The notes under the pieces are model-generated. The model searched no databases, was not told where the DNA came from, and was given only the letters and a program-made list of their open reading frames with translations. A stretch of DNA of 63,892 nt, counting the filler, from a bacterium (GTDB lineage Bacteria > JALSQH01), in NCBI GenBank assembly GCA_026985515.1. It is 6 parts of 6 records of this genome, joined end to end, with 100 filler letters (N's around TTAATTAATTAA, not from the genome) between each part and the next. Parts side by side here need not be neighbours in the genome. Positions count along the whole stretch, not along the records: positions 30,496 to 54,082 come from JALSQH010000252.1; 5 more parts are not named here. One strand, 5' to 3'. Below are positions 38,203-48,264 of the stretch, piece by piece. Position 1 is the stretch's first letter; each line of letters opens with the position of its first letter. The position numbers were made by a program, and so were the translations under genes.

Positions 38203-39180
38203 ATGGGAAACGCTATAGTATATATTGAAACAAGAGATGGTGCTTTGAAAAAAGCTTCACTTTCAGCAGTCAGTGCTGCAAAAGATTATGTTTCAAAGGC
38301 TGGTGGAGATGTAATTCTTGCAGTGCTGGGTAACAATGTGGACTCCGTTGCTGAGGAAGTAGCAAAACTTGGTGTGGCAAAAGTTCTTAAGGCTCAGGGG
38401 GCAGATCTTGAAAACTATGTGGCTGAAAGCTATACCCAGGTATTGAAACAGATAGCAGAGGCGAACGACGCATCCGCCATTTTTGGAACTGCAACTGCAC
38501 AGGGAAAGGACCTGCTTCCAAGGCTTGCAGCCGCCCTCGGAGCTGGAATGGCAAGCGATATCCTTGAAATCATAGATGATAAAACCTTTAAGAGACCCAT
38601 GTACGCCGGAAATGTAATTGCTGAGGTAGAAATTTCAACTCCTGTTAAAGTCCTCTCTGTAAGAAGCACAGCCTTCCCCCACGCTGAGGCAGGAGACACA
38701 GCTGCACCCATTGAGGATTTCTCCTACTCACTTGACTCTTCAAAGGTAAAAACAAAATTCGTAAAATTTGAAGAGATCAAATCTGAGAGACCCGAACTCA
38801 CAGAGGCAGAGATTGTTATTTCTGGTGGTAGAGGAGTCAAGGGTCCTGAAGGATTCAAGATGCTTGAGGAACTCGCCGACATACTCAACGCAGCAATTGG
38901 TGCCAGCAGGGCTGCCGTTGATGCTGGATGGGTACCCAACGATCTCCAGGTTGGTCAGACAGGTAAAATCGTGGCACCCAATCTCTACATCGCATGTGGA
39001 ATTTCCGGAGCCATTCAGCACCTTGCCGGTATGAAGGATTCAAAGGTCATCGTGGCAATCAACAAAGATCCAGATGCTCCCATTTTCCAGGTAGCTGATT
39101 ACGGCCTGGTTGCAGATTTCTTCAAAGTGTGGCCGGAATTTGTTGAGAAAGTAAAGCAACTTAAGGCTGAAGAAGGTTAA
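38203..39180 (+). CDS. etfA: Electron transfer flavoprotein alpha subunit
   Basis: SGGRG, GASRAAVDAG, QVGQTGK, GISGAIQHLAGMKDS, INKDPDAPIF. Confidence 0.97.
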   Translation: MGNAIVYIETRDGALKKASLSAVSAAKDYVSKAGGDVILAVLGNNVDSVAEEVAKLGVAKVLKAQGADLENYVAESYTQVLKQIAEANDASAIFGTATAQGKDLLPRLAAALGAGMASDILEIIDDKTFKRPMYAGNVIAEVEISTPVKVLSVRSTAFPHAEAGDTAAPIEDFSYSLDSSKVKTKFVKFEEIKSERPELTEAEIVISGGRGVKGPEGFKMLEELADILNAAIGASRAAVDAGWVPNDLQVGQTGKIVAPNLYIACGISGAIQHLAGMKDSKVIVAINKDPDAPIFQVADYGLVADFFKVWPEFVEKVKQLKAEEG

Positions 39181-39183
39181 TTG

Positions 39184-39211
39184 ACGAGGGGAGATTTCCC
39201 CTCGTTTTTTT
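39184..39211 (+). terminator. Rho-independent terminator of fadR-etfBA
   Basis: ACGAGGGGA-GATT-TCCCCTCGT followed by a T tract. Confidence 0.9.
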
Positions 39212-39218
39212 ATGAAAA

Positions 39219-40250
39219 ATGCCTCTTTTTCGTGAGGAAGTTTTAGATTTTCTGGGAACTGTGGGTATTTATCAGATAGTGATGCCAACTCCTTTTCCAC
39301 AGGCGGGTGATGTATACTCTTTTTTAATCAGAAGAGAAGATAAATTCATACTCTTTGATGCCGGTCTCAAGACAGAGGAAGCAAAGGAAGCATTCTTCCA
39401 TTTTATAAAAAAATACAACATTGATCTGTGGCAGATTGAAAAGATTATTCTTTCCCACGGCCACATAGATCATTATGGTCTTGCCAGTTTCATCAGTGAA
39501 AAAAGTGGGGCAAAAATTTTCATTCATGAGAAAGACAGGCTCAAGGTACATAAAGATTACCTGAAAATCTACGACGAAGGCGCCGCAGTATACCACGAAT
39601 TTTTCGTAAAAAATGGCATGCCAGAAAAATTATCCAGGGCACTTATAGAGGTCGGAAAGAATTTTAATTTTTTTGCAGATCAGCTGGAAGATATTGACAC
39701 AGTGGATGAAGGTGACATCATAGAGTACGATGGTGGCAGATTCAGGGTGATTCATCTTCCAGGCCACACACCGGGATGCATAGGCCTTCACGATGAAGAA
39801 AGAGGGATCATGCTGGGTGGTGATACTCTCCTGGCAAAAATTTCTCCAAACCCCATAATTGAACTGGGAGAAAAGGGCGAAGAAGAGAGGTTCAAAAGCC
39901 TTCCCACATATTTCTCCAGTCTCAAGAGAATTGAATCCCTTTCTTTAAAAATGGTAATACCTGCCCATGGAGAATGTATTACCGAACCATCCCGAACGAT
40001 TGCCACACTAAGAAAATTCTATTCGTTGAGGCAGAGAAAAATTCTGCATGTACTTGAAAATGGTCCTCTAACCCCATTTGAACTTGCAGTCACTCTTTTC
40101 CCCGAGAGAAAAAATGAAATTTTTCTCATCTTCTCAGAAGTGATAGGAAACCTGGATATGCTCGAAGAAGAGGGAAGGGTTGAGAAAGAAGAAAGGAATG
40201 GTAAGATTTACTACAGGAGAAGCAAAAATGAGCTGGCTGTTAACAGATAA
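39219..40250 (+). CDS. MBL-fold metallo-hydrolase with C-terminal winged helix
   Basis: SHGHIDH, PGHTPG, GD, PAHG. Confidence 0.92.
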   Translation: MPLFREEVLDFLGTVGIYQIVMPTPFPQAGDVYSFLIRREDKFILFDAGLKTEEAKEAFFHFIKKYNIDLWQIEKIILSHGHIDHYGLASFISEKSGAKIFIHEKDRLKVHKDYLKIYDEGAAVYHEFFVKNGMPEKLSRALIEVGKNFNFFADQLEDIDTVDEGDIIEYDGGRFRVIHLPGHTPGCIGLHDEERGIMLGGDTLLAKISPNPIIELGEKGEEERFKSLPTYFSSLKRIESLSLKMVIPAHGECITEPSRTIATLRKFYSLRQRKILHVLENGPLTPFELAVTLFPERKNEIFLIFSEVIGNLDMLEEEGRVEKEERNGKIYYRRSKNELAVNR

Positions 40251-41007
40251 AGGAAAAATTTATTTCAGAAGCAATACGGATCAGCTTGAAGACAGGCCAC
40301 TTCTCATTCTTCTACATGGTGCAGGAAGTGATAGCAGGGTATGGACTGCTCTCTTTCCCCTTCTTAAAGAAGATATTTCTGTTGTTACTCCTGACCTGCC
40401 CGGCCATGGTAAAAGCGAAGGGAAGGCTGCCAGTGATCTCTCAGAGTATCTCTGGATAGTGGATGCCCTGTCTGAGGAGTTCAGAGCGGAAAAATTTTTC
40501 CTTGGGGGACATTCGATGGGTGGCGCGATCACCCTTCTCTATTCAATAAAGAATCGGGAAAAGCTCATGGGAAGCATCATTATTGCTTCATCATCAACAC
40601 TGCCGGTAAATCCCCAGCTGTTTGATGTGATACAGAACAATTTCGAGCTGACAGCTTCCCTTTCCACGCAGTTTTCCTTTTCAAAGAGCGGGGAAGATGT
40701 GGATTTCTACAGGGAAATGACAACTCAGATGATAAAGGAAAATGGTTCTGAAACCCTATACATAGATATGAAGGCATGTGACAATTATTCTGTTGAGAAA
40801 GAGCTTAATACTCTTACCATGCCCAAATTGCTCCTTGCGGGTGAAAAGGACAGAATGGTTTCAATTAAAAACATTGAAGAATTTTATTCACAATTACCCG
40901 ACCCGAAGGAATTGAAAATCTTCAGTGAAGCCGGGCACATGGTTATACTGGAAGAACCGGAAGGGGTATCCTCAGCAATTAAAAAGTTTGTTCTATCTGC
41001 TCACTAA
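40228..41007 (+). CDS. Alpha/beta hydrolase
   Basis: LHGAGS, DLPGHG, GHSMGG, GEKD, AGHM. Confidence 0.92.
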   Translation: MSWLLTDKGKIYFRSNTDQLEDRPLLILLHGAGSDSRVWTALFPLLKEDISVVTPDLPGHGKSEGKAASDLSEYLWIVDALSEEFRAEKFFLGGHSMGGAITLLYSIKNREKLMGSIIIASSSTLPVNPQLFDVIQNNFELTASLSTQFSFSKSGEDVDFYREMTTQMIKENGSETLYIDMKACDNYSVEKELNTLTMPKLLLAGEKDRMVSIKNIEEFYSQLPDPKELKIFSEAGHMVILEEPEGVSSAIKKFVLSAH

Positions 41008-41826
41008 AAAGGGCACATCAAGATTCCTTAACAGGTACATGGCTGTTGAACCCACAATCATCTCAATGAGGAAGTGGTGGCCAACAGCTCCCAGAACGAG
41101 CATATCAAAACCCTCTTTTTTCACAAGTTGCTCAATCTCATGATGGGGGGAACCTTCGAGTTTTATGTATTCTACATCAATGCTGAATGGCTTCATATAG
41201 ATCTCCACTTCCTCCATTATTCTGTCAGCTTTTGAAGGAGAAGCCACAGTTACAACACCAAGGGGGAGGGAAAGTTTTTCAGAGAAGTGGGCAGCAAGTT
41301 CCATCGCCCTCCTTGCAACCTTGCTTCCATCGTATGCCAGAAGGGGTTTTTTTATCTCCCTGAATTTCTCCGGTACAATCAGAAGAGAGGTGGGAGTTTT
41401 TCTGAGTACCCCCTCGGTGGTGGAACCAATCTGATCCCTCTCATATTTCGAGTGAATTCCCCGTTTCCCCATTATTATCAGATCTGCAAGTTTCGCCTTT
41501 TCAACAATTCTGTTTGAAACAATTCCTGAATCAAGAAATGACTGACAGGTTATTCCACTCTTCTTCATTTTTTCACAGAAATTTTCAAGTATCATCCTGC
41601 CCTGTTCCTCAAGCAATTCCTTCATCTTACCTGTTAAATTAACCAGAGGTTCCATCCCCATGGCACCTGAAAGATCATGAAAAAAAGGACCTTCAAGTGC
41701 AATAATATCAACCACATGTAATGCGATAACCTCTGAATTCCAGCTTTCGTGTATAAATTCAGCGTAATCTCCAATGGAAACATCATATTCGGAACCATCA
41801 ACCGGGGCAAGTATAACCTTAAACAT
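40993..41826 (-). CDS. Universal stress protein, tandem USP domains
   Basis: ILAPVDGS...MGKRG...IGST; LAYDGS...LGAVGH...VGST. Confidence 0.92.
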   Translation of the reverse strand: MFKVILAPVDGSEYDVSIGDYAEFIHESWNSEVIALHVVDIIALEGPFFHDLSGAMGMEPLVNLTGKMKELLEEQGRMILENFCEKMKKSGITCQSFLDSGIVSNRIVEKAKLADLIIMGKRGIHSKYERDQIGSTTEGVLRKTPTSLLIVPEKFREIKKPLLAYDGSKVARRAMELAAHFSEKLSLPLGVVTVASPSKADRIMEEVEIYMKPFSIDVEYIKLEGSPHHEIEQLVKKEGFDMLVLGAVGHHFLIEMIVGSTAMYLLRNLDVPFLVSR

Positions 41827-41941
41827 TTACCCTCCTTTTTCTTTCAGAATAAGGATTTCTTAAAATTCTGTCAATCAAAAGAACCCCAAAATTTATCCAT
41901 TCCCTTGCGAACTAATCCCATCAGGGTTAAAATTTTACCAT

Positions 41942-43768
41942 ATGAAGAAACTTTTTTTTCTGCTGATGTTATTCTCCGCTCTTAATCTGAGAGGGGAAAT
42001 TCTATATGTGGGATCAGCCACTGAAGGGCTTGTCGTTCTTGATCGCAGTGGAAATGATTTTTCAATTCTATCAGTGGTACCCCTCAATGGTGAAATAAGA
42101 AGCATCAGGCGAAATGGAAATTTTCTCTATGTGGCAGCAGGAACGGGCGGTGTATATGTTCTCAGTCTGAGTGATCCCCGAAATCCGGAGGTGGTGGCGC
42201 AGTATGATACAAGAGGGTTTGCCTACGACATAGCCCCCTATAGGAACTTTGTTTTCGTATCAGATTTTGAGGACGGAGTAAAGATTTTCAGGCTTAATGG
42301 AAAAGAACTGCAGAAAATTGCGACCATTAAATTGATAGATATGAGTATGGGAATAAAGGTCTCCTTTCCCTACCTGTTTGTCTCCAACGGTAACAATGGA
42401 GTGCAGATCTACAATATAAAAAATCCTTGCTCACCAAAACTTATCAGAGGTATCGACACACCCGGTATAGCATGGGACATTGATTCTGACGGCAGGTTCA
42501 TCTACGTTGCACTTAAAGACAGTGGCTTTGCTATCTATGATTTTTCAAAACCTCCTTCTGCTCCACTGGTGTCTCAGACCAGCATAAAGGGAGTGGTTTT
42601 CAAATTAAAGTTAAAAGATAAAAAACTCTACCTGCTAATCACAGGATCAGAAGTGCATGAAGGAAATCCTGAGACAAAAGGACTGCTTATTTACGATGTC
42701 AGCAACCCGGCTGAACCCTCTATGATCGGGAAATTCGACAGGGAACTGATTCATGATTTTTTTATTGAAAATGGGAAAATTTATCTTGCCCTGACGAGCC
42801 ACGGCCTTGGAGTTCTTGATGTTTCAAATCCCGCAAAACCTCAGCTTACATCCATTTTCAACATAGGTAACAGGGCAGTGGATGTGTGGTGTAACGGAAG
42901 TGTGGCAGCAGTTGCAGATAATGAAGGCGGAGCAAAAATCATAAACGTTTCAAATCCTTCACAGGCAGTAATCACAACCTATGTACCATCCAGGGGAAAA
43001 ACTCTCAGCGTGTGCGGAATGGGTGATCTTCTCTTCATTCCAGATACAGAAAAGGGTGTATATGTTTACAACATCTCCAACCCCCGGCACCCCTACCTGG
43101 TAAGCACAATAAAAAAGAAGGGTGCAACAAGGGTGGTTTGTGAAAAGGGTTATTTATATGTTCTCTACCGGGGTTATGGTATTAAGATCTATCAGATGAC
43201 ACCAAAACCATACTGGATAGCCGAGCTGCTTTCGGGGGGTAAACAGATTGAAGATATTGCCGTTGGAGAGGGCAGACTCTACCTCTCAGAAGGATGGAAT
43301 GGAATTACTCTCATAAACATTACAAGAATGACCCGGCCCGAACCAACTTCCCACATGGCTTCCCTTTACGAAACCACGGGAATTGCCGCAAAGGGGAAGT
43401 ACTTCTACACAGCAAGGGACCAGGCAGGGATGATGATAGGTAATGCTGAGGATTTTTACAACACATTTGAGATTTCTCACGTCAATTTAAACATTCACAC
43501 TGCAGGAATAAAAGTCCACAAAAACTACGTCCTTCTGGCAGGGAAAGCAAATGGGGCTTACGTGATTGATGTTTCAGATCCAGAAAAACCGTATGTTATT
43601 TCACACCTGAAGACTCCCGGAGAGGTGCAGAATATCTATATGTGGCAGAACAGACTCTGTATAGCTGATGGTTGGAATGGGTTTATCATCGCTGACTTTA
43701 CAGACAGGGAAAAGCCAAAAATATTAAGCGACCTTCTCTGGTTTACACCCTCAGCAATTGTAAAATAA
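41942..43768 (+). CDS. Secreted LVIVD-repeat (beta-propeller) protein
   Basis: Signal peptide; many YVA....GxxxxDVSNPxxP repeats. Confidence 0.88.
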   Translation: MKKLFFLLMLFSALNLRGEILYVGSATEGLVVLDRSGNDFSILSVVPLNGEIRSIRRNGNFLYVAAGTGGVYVLSLSDPRNPEVVAQYDTRGFAYDIAPYRNFVFVSDFEDGVKIFRLNGKELQKIATIKLIDMSMGIKVSFPYLFVSNGNNGVQIYNIKNPCSPKLIRGIDTPGIAWDIDSDGRFIYVALKDSGFAIYDFSKPPSAPLVSQTSIKGVVFKLKLKDKKLYLLITGSEVHEGNPETKGLLIYDVSNPAEPSMIGKFDRELIHDFFIENGKIYLALTSHGLGVLDVSNPAKPQLTSIFNIGNRAVDVWCNGSVAAVADNEGGAKIINVSNPSQAVITTYVPSRGKTLSVCGMGDLLFIPDTEKGVYVYNISNPRHPYLVSTIKKKGATRVVCEKGYLYVLYRGYGIKIYQMTPKPYWIAELLSGGKQIEDIAVGEGRLYLSEGWNGITLINITRMTRPEPTSHMASLYETTGIAAKGKYFYTARDQAGMMIGNAEDFYNTFEISHVNLNIHTAGIKVHKNYVLLAGKANGAYVIDVSDPEKPYVISHLKTPGEVQNIYMWQNRLCIADGWNGFIIADFTDREKPKILSDLLWFTPSAIVK

Positions 43769-43781
43769 ATCTGGAACAATC

Positions 43782-45140
43782 ATGAGAAATTTAAGAACAT
43801 TCTTCACCCCTTCAAGAATAATTGTTTTCAGTTTTGCCGCCACAATCCTGACCGGAGCCCTGATCCTTCTGCTTCCAGGTACACACAGGGTAAAAGTCTC
43901 CTTTATAGACGCACTTTTCATGAGCACCTCTGCAGTGTGTGTCACGGGTCTATCCCTCTACGATATATCGAGCCAGTTCACTCATTTTGGCCAGTTAGTT
44001 ATAATGACTCTTTTCCAGATAGGTGGACTGGGGATAATGACTTTTTCCATCTTCTTCGCCTACATTCTGAGAAAAGACATATCAATGATTGGCATGCACA
44101 CCATTCTCTCCACCTTTGCACCAGATAAAAAGATGAACAGACTGAAACTAATAACCGGCGTGGTCAGATTCACCTTTATTTTCGAAGGCATAGGGGCACT
44201 TCTGCTGACCCTCTACTTTATCCTTGAAGAGAGTTACCCGCTGGGAAAGGCGATCTATTACGCAATCTTCCATTCAATCAGTGCTTTCTGTAATGCCGGA
44301 TTTTCCCTTTTCCCCGACAGTTTCATGAGATTCAAAAGCAGTCTCTTCTTCAATCTTGTAATAACTCTTCTGATTATCACGGGTGGAATAGGATTTATTG
44401 TAATCCTTGAAATCTACTACAGAATAAAGGGAGAAATCCAGAGTTTCAGCCTTCATACAAAAATGGCCCTCATCGTAACATTTATTCTCATCACTGCCGG
44501 TACACTTACAATTTATTTTCTGGAAAATCACTTCTACTTTGCCACCCATCACTTTACCACAGGTGAAAAAATACTTGCCTCATACTTTCAGGCTGTCACT
44601 GCAAGAACTGCCGGTTTCAACACCATCGATATTGGTGCTCTCTCAAGCGGCACACTTTTCTTTCTGGTGATGCTCATGTTCATTGGTGCCTCTCCCGGAT
44701 CAACAGGAGGTGGAATCAAAACGACAGCAGCTGGTGTTCTCTTCGCAGTTTTTATCAACAGATTAAAGGGAAGAACAAACATCAGATTCATGAACAGAAC
44801 CATAGGACAGGAAACTGTCTCAAGAGCCATTGCCATCGCCATAAGTTCATTTATCCTCATCTCCCTCGCCCTTCTTACTCTGACATTCATCTATCAGATC
44901 CATCCATTCTTTAAGGGGAAGGATCCATTCCTGCAGCTGCTATTTGAAGAGGTTTCTGCCTTTGGAACTGTGGGATTATCAACGGGTATAACGCCATCCC
45001 TTGATAATTATTCAAAAATTGTTTTAATAATCTTGATGTTTGTTGGAAGAGTGGGACCTCTTGCTCTCGCCTTTGCTATAGGAGGTGAAGGCAAGGAGGA
45101 CAAAATCATATACTCAGAAGAAAACCTGATGGTGGGATAA
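43782..45140 (+). CDS. ktrB: Ktr/Trk potassium uptake membrane subunit
   Basis: Four filter motifs: SAVCVTGL, SAFCNAGF, TARTAGF, SAFGTVGL; GASPGSTGGGIK. Confidence 0.93.
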   Translation: MRNLRTFFTPSRIIVFSFAATILTGALILLLPGTHRVKVSFIDALFMSTSAVCVTGLSLYDISSQFTHFGQLVIMTLFQIGGLGIMTFSIFFAYILRKDISMIGMHTILSTFAPDKKMNRLKLITGVVRFTFIFEGIGALLLTLYFILEESYPLGKAIYYAIFHSISAFCNAGFSLFPDSFMRFKSSLFFNLVITLLIITGGIGFIVILEIYYRIKGEIQSFSLHTKMALIVTFILITAGTLTIYFLENHFYFATHHFTTGEKILASYFQAVTARTAGFNTIDIGALSSGTLFFLVMLMFIGASPGSTGGGIKTTAAGVLFAVFINRLKGRTNIRFMNRTIGQETVSRAIAIAISSFILISLALLTLTFIYQIHPFFKGKDPFLQLLFEEVSAFGTVGLSTGITPSLDNYSKIVLIILMFVGRVGPLALAFAIGGEGKEDKIIYSEENLMVG

Positions 45141-45808
45141 TGAAGAAAAGATTAAAAGTGGCAGTAATAGGTCTGGGAAGTTTTGGTTCAGAAATAGTTA
45201 AAACATTGTTCAATCTTGGCCACGAAGTTGTGGCCATAGACAACAGAAAGGAACTTGTTCAGGCCATTCAGCCATATGCCACCATTGCAGTGACCCTCGA
45301 TGCAACGGATAAAGAGGCTCTGGAAGAGGCGGGACTTGTGAATATGGATGTGTGCATTGTAAGCATTGGAGAACCAATGGAAACCAGCATTCTGGCAACT
45401 CTCTATGCAAAGGAACTGGGAGTAGAAAGGGTAATCGTAAAGGCCACCAACGATACACATGCCACAATCATGAAAAAAATCGGCGCAGATGAAATAATCA
45501 ATCCCGAAAGAGACATGGCTGTGAGGGTGGCGTATAAGATAGCATCAAAGAATGTTTTCGACATCACACACTTTGAAAGCGGATTCAGTTTCATTGAAAT
45601 CAAGGCCCCGGATGAACTGGTGGGACAGACCCTTATTGAAAGCAGAATAAGAAACAAGTATGGTGTCTTTGTTGTTGCCATAAAAAAGAAAAACATGGAT
45701 ACACCCATAATCGTTCCCGATCCTGAAACCCCCATAGAAAGGGATGATATCCTAATGCTCATCGGGTCAAAAGAAGCGATAACAAAATTTCAGGATAAGT
45801 TCTCGTGA
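45140..45808 (+). CDS. ktrA: Ktr/Trk regulatory RCK subunit
   Basis: VIGLGSFG Rossmann motif, INPERDMA, RCK_C domain. Confidence 0.93.
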   Translation: MKKRLKVAVIGLGSFGSEIVKTLFNLGHEVVAIDNRKELVQAIQPYATIAVTLDATDKEALEEAGLVNMDVCIVSIGEPMETSILATLYAKELGVERVIVKATNDTHATIMKKIGADEIINPERDMAVRVAYKIASKNVFDITHFESGFSFIEIKAPDELVGQTLIESRIRNKYGVFVVAIKKKNMDTPIIVPDPETPIERDDILMLIGSKEAITKFQDKFS

Positions 45809-46743
45809 AAATCGTAAGAGATTACAGAGAGCTGGATAAGTTTCCCCATCCAAGGGTTGTAACCATAGGAAATTTTGACGGTGTGCATATTGGACACCAG
45901 AAACTTATCAGCAAAAGTGTAAAAGAAGCAAGGGAGAGAAACATACCCTCGCTTGTCATCACCTTTTACCCGCATCCAAGAAAAGTATTTGCGAGGAGTG
46001 GAATAAAACTTCTCACAACAATTGATCAGAAAATTGAACTGATAGAAAAGCTTGGCGTAGACATACTCCTGATAATAAACTTCACAGAGGAGTTTTACGA
46101 ACTGGATGGAAGGGAATTCATAGAAAGGATCCTTGTTCCTTACATAAAACCTGCCAAGGTAAATATTGGCTATGATTTCAGATTCGGAAGGGCAGGTTCT
46201 GGGGATTATCAGCTTCTGGACAAAATGGGAGAAAAGTACGACTTTGAGGTTGAAGAATTGCCACCAGTGATGATTGATGGTGAGATCATCAGCAGTTCCT
46301 CAATAAGAAAGTATCTGCTCAATGGGAAGGTGAGAAAGGCAGCTGCACTTCTGGGAAGGGAGTATTTCATCGATGGAAAAATTATTCCTGGAAAGGGAAG
46401 GGGAAAATCCCTTGGCATACCAACTGCTAATATGGAGCCATACAATGAGCTGATACCTCTTAGGGGTGTTTACGCCACAAGATTTCAGCACAGAGAAAAG
46501 ATATATCCCTCTGTCACCAACATAGGATTCAACCCCACTTTTGAAAAGGAAGGCAAACTCTCCATAGAAACCTATGTTTTCTACTTTGATGGAAATCTGT
46601 ACGACGAAGAAGTGAGGCTCCACTTTGTTGAGAGAATAAGGGATGAGAAAAAGTTTTCATCTCCTGAGGAACTGATTGAAACTATCAGGAATGACATTAA
46701 AAAGGCAAAAGAGATTCTGGAAAATGAGGCAGATAACGGGTGA
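45805..46743 (+). CDS. ribF: Bifunctional riboflavin kinase/FAD synthetase
   Basis: TIGNFDGVHIGH, ISSSSIR, GIPTAN, NIGFNPTF. Confidence 0.96.
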   Translation: MKIVRDYRELDKFPHPRVVTIGNFDGVHIGHQKLISKSVKEARERNIPSLVITFYPHPRKVFARSGIKLLTTIDQKIELIEKLGVDILLIINFTEEFYELDGREFIERILVPYIKPAKVNIGYDFRFGRAGSGDYQLLDKMGEKYDFEVEELPPVMIDGEIISSSSIRKYLLNGKVRKAAALLGREYFIDGKIIPGKGRGKSLGIPTANMEPYNELIPLRGVYATRFQHREKIYPSVTNIGFNPTFEKEGKLSIETYVFYFDGNLYDEEVRLHFVERIRDEKKFSSPEELIETIRNDIKKAKEILENEADNG

Positions 46744-47578
46744 TACTATTGTTACAGGTATCGTTGGATACCCGGTCAGATACTCTCTTTCTCCCCTCTT
46801 TCAGAATTATCTCTTTGAGAAGTACAATCTGAACTATGTGTATCTGCCCTTTCCAGTGGAAAATCCTGACCTTCTTGAAACGGCGATTCGGGGACTCATC
46901 GCCTCCGGAGTCAGGGGACTCAACATAACCATCCCCTATAAAGAAAGAGCGATGAAAATAGCAGACTGGAGTGATCAACTAAGCAAATTTGTAAAAGCCA
47001 CCAATACAATTGTAGCTGGAGAAAAAGGGATTAAGGCGTACAACACAGATGGACCAGGTTTCTGGGACGCTATGGAGAAAAGATTTGAAATGGAATATGG
47101 GGAAATTAAACTCTACATCCTTGGTAGCGGTGGAGCTGCAAGGGGAATAATTGGTGAGGGGGTAAAAAGGGGAATAAAAAAAATCACAATTTTTGCAAGG
47201 CATGAGGAAAAGGGGAAAAGTATCATAAATGATCTCCACGAGTGGACAACTGTTGAAAGTGAAGTGAGAATCTGGGATGAAATCATAAGATACTCCTTCC
47301 CTCCTTTCTCTGTCATCGTAAACACAACCCCACTGGGGATGAAGGGAGAGACCATTCCACTTGGATGGAACTTTGAAGATAAAAATTCAAGCATCATTGC
47401 AGATATTGTATACAAACCTGTTGATACTCCTCTGCTCATCGAGGCAAAAAAGAGGGGGTTCAGAATCTTTCCCGGTTACCTGATGCTGGCGGGGCAGGGG
47501 ATTCTCTCTTTCAAACTATGGACAGGTATCCTGCCATCCTTTGAAGAAACTGCTGAATTTATCAGGAGCCTGCTATGA
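46724..47578 (+). CDS. aroE: Shikimate dehydrogenase
   Basis: SLSP, GLNITIPYK, YNTDGPG, GSGGAAR, NTTPLGM, DIVYKP. Confidence 0.94.
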   Translation: MRQITGDTIVTGIVGYPVRYSLSPLFQNYLFEKYNLNYVYLPFPVENPDLLETAIRGLIASGVRGLNITIPYKERAMKIADWSDQLSKFVKATNTIVAGEKGIKAYNTDGPGFWDAMEKRFEMEYGEIKLYILGSGGAARGIIGEGVKRGIKKITIFARHEEKGKSIINDLHEWTTVESEVRIWDEIIRYSFPPFSVIVNTTPLGMKGETIPLGWNFEDKNSSIIADIVYKPVDTPLLIEAKKRGFRIFPGYLMLAGQGILSFKLWTGILPSFEETAEFIRSLL

Positions 47579-48264
47579 AAATAGCAGTTGTGGCCGACAC
47601 ACATGTTAAAGAAAAGAACAATGATTACCACCTCCTTATAGACCTCCTGGAAAATCTTACAAAAGAAGATTTTGATTTCATAGTACTTTTAGGTGATATT
47701 TTTGAATTTTACTGCGACAGTGAGAAAAAACTCTCAGAAAGTGTGAGTGACTTTGTAAACTTTCTGGAAAGGATCTCCAGAGATAAAAAAATCGTGCTCA
47801 TTGAGGGGAATCATGAGTTTGGTGTTTCGATAAAAGGGGTCAAAATTGAGCCATTTCAATGGAGTGTTAAAATCGCAGGACAGAAAGTTATCTTCACCCA
47901 CGGAGATGTAATAGCATCACTAAACCCCCTTTTCCCCCCTGTAAGAGGATTGTTGCACTCTGAAAAGTTCGTTAACCTCCTGTGTCCCCTGTTACCCTCA
48001 ACCCTTCTCTGGAAAGTGGCAATGAAGATAAGTAGCAACAGCAGAAACAATGGCAAAATTGACAGCGAGGAGGTCAACAGAAGATTAAAAAAATTTTTTC
48101 TGATTCATGATGAAGCCAGCTATGTGGCTGCCCATTCACACAGGAGTTTTTTCGTACAAAATGGAAAAAGATTCCTGATTGTGGTGGGAGCATGGTACAT
48201 GGAACACAATTACGCTATAATTACTGACAAGAGGATCGAAATCAAAAAATGGGAAAAAAAATAA
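47575..48264 (+). CDS. lpxH: Calcineurin-like phosphoesterase, probably UDP-2,3-diacylglucosamine diphosphatase
   Basis: ADTH, LGDIFE, EGNHE, THGD, AHSH, GAW. Confidence 0.7.
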   Translation: MKIAVVADTHVKEKNNDYHLLIDLLENLTKEDFDFIVLLGDIFEFYCDSEKKLSESVSDFVNFLERISRDKKIVLIEGNHEFGVSIKGVKIEPFQWSVKIAGQKVIFTHGDVIASLNPLFPPVRGLLHSEKFVNLLCPLLPSTLLWKVAMKISSNSRNNGKIDSEEVNRRLKKFFLIHDEASYVAAHSHRSFFVQNGKRFLIVVGAWYMEHNYAIITDKRIEIKKWEKK

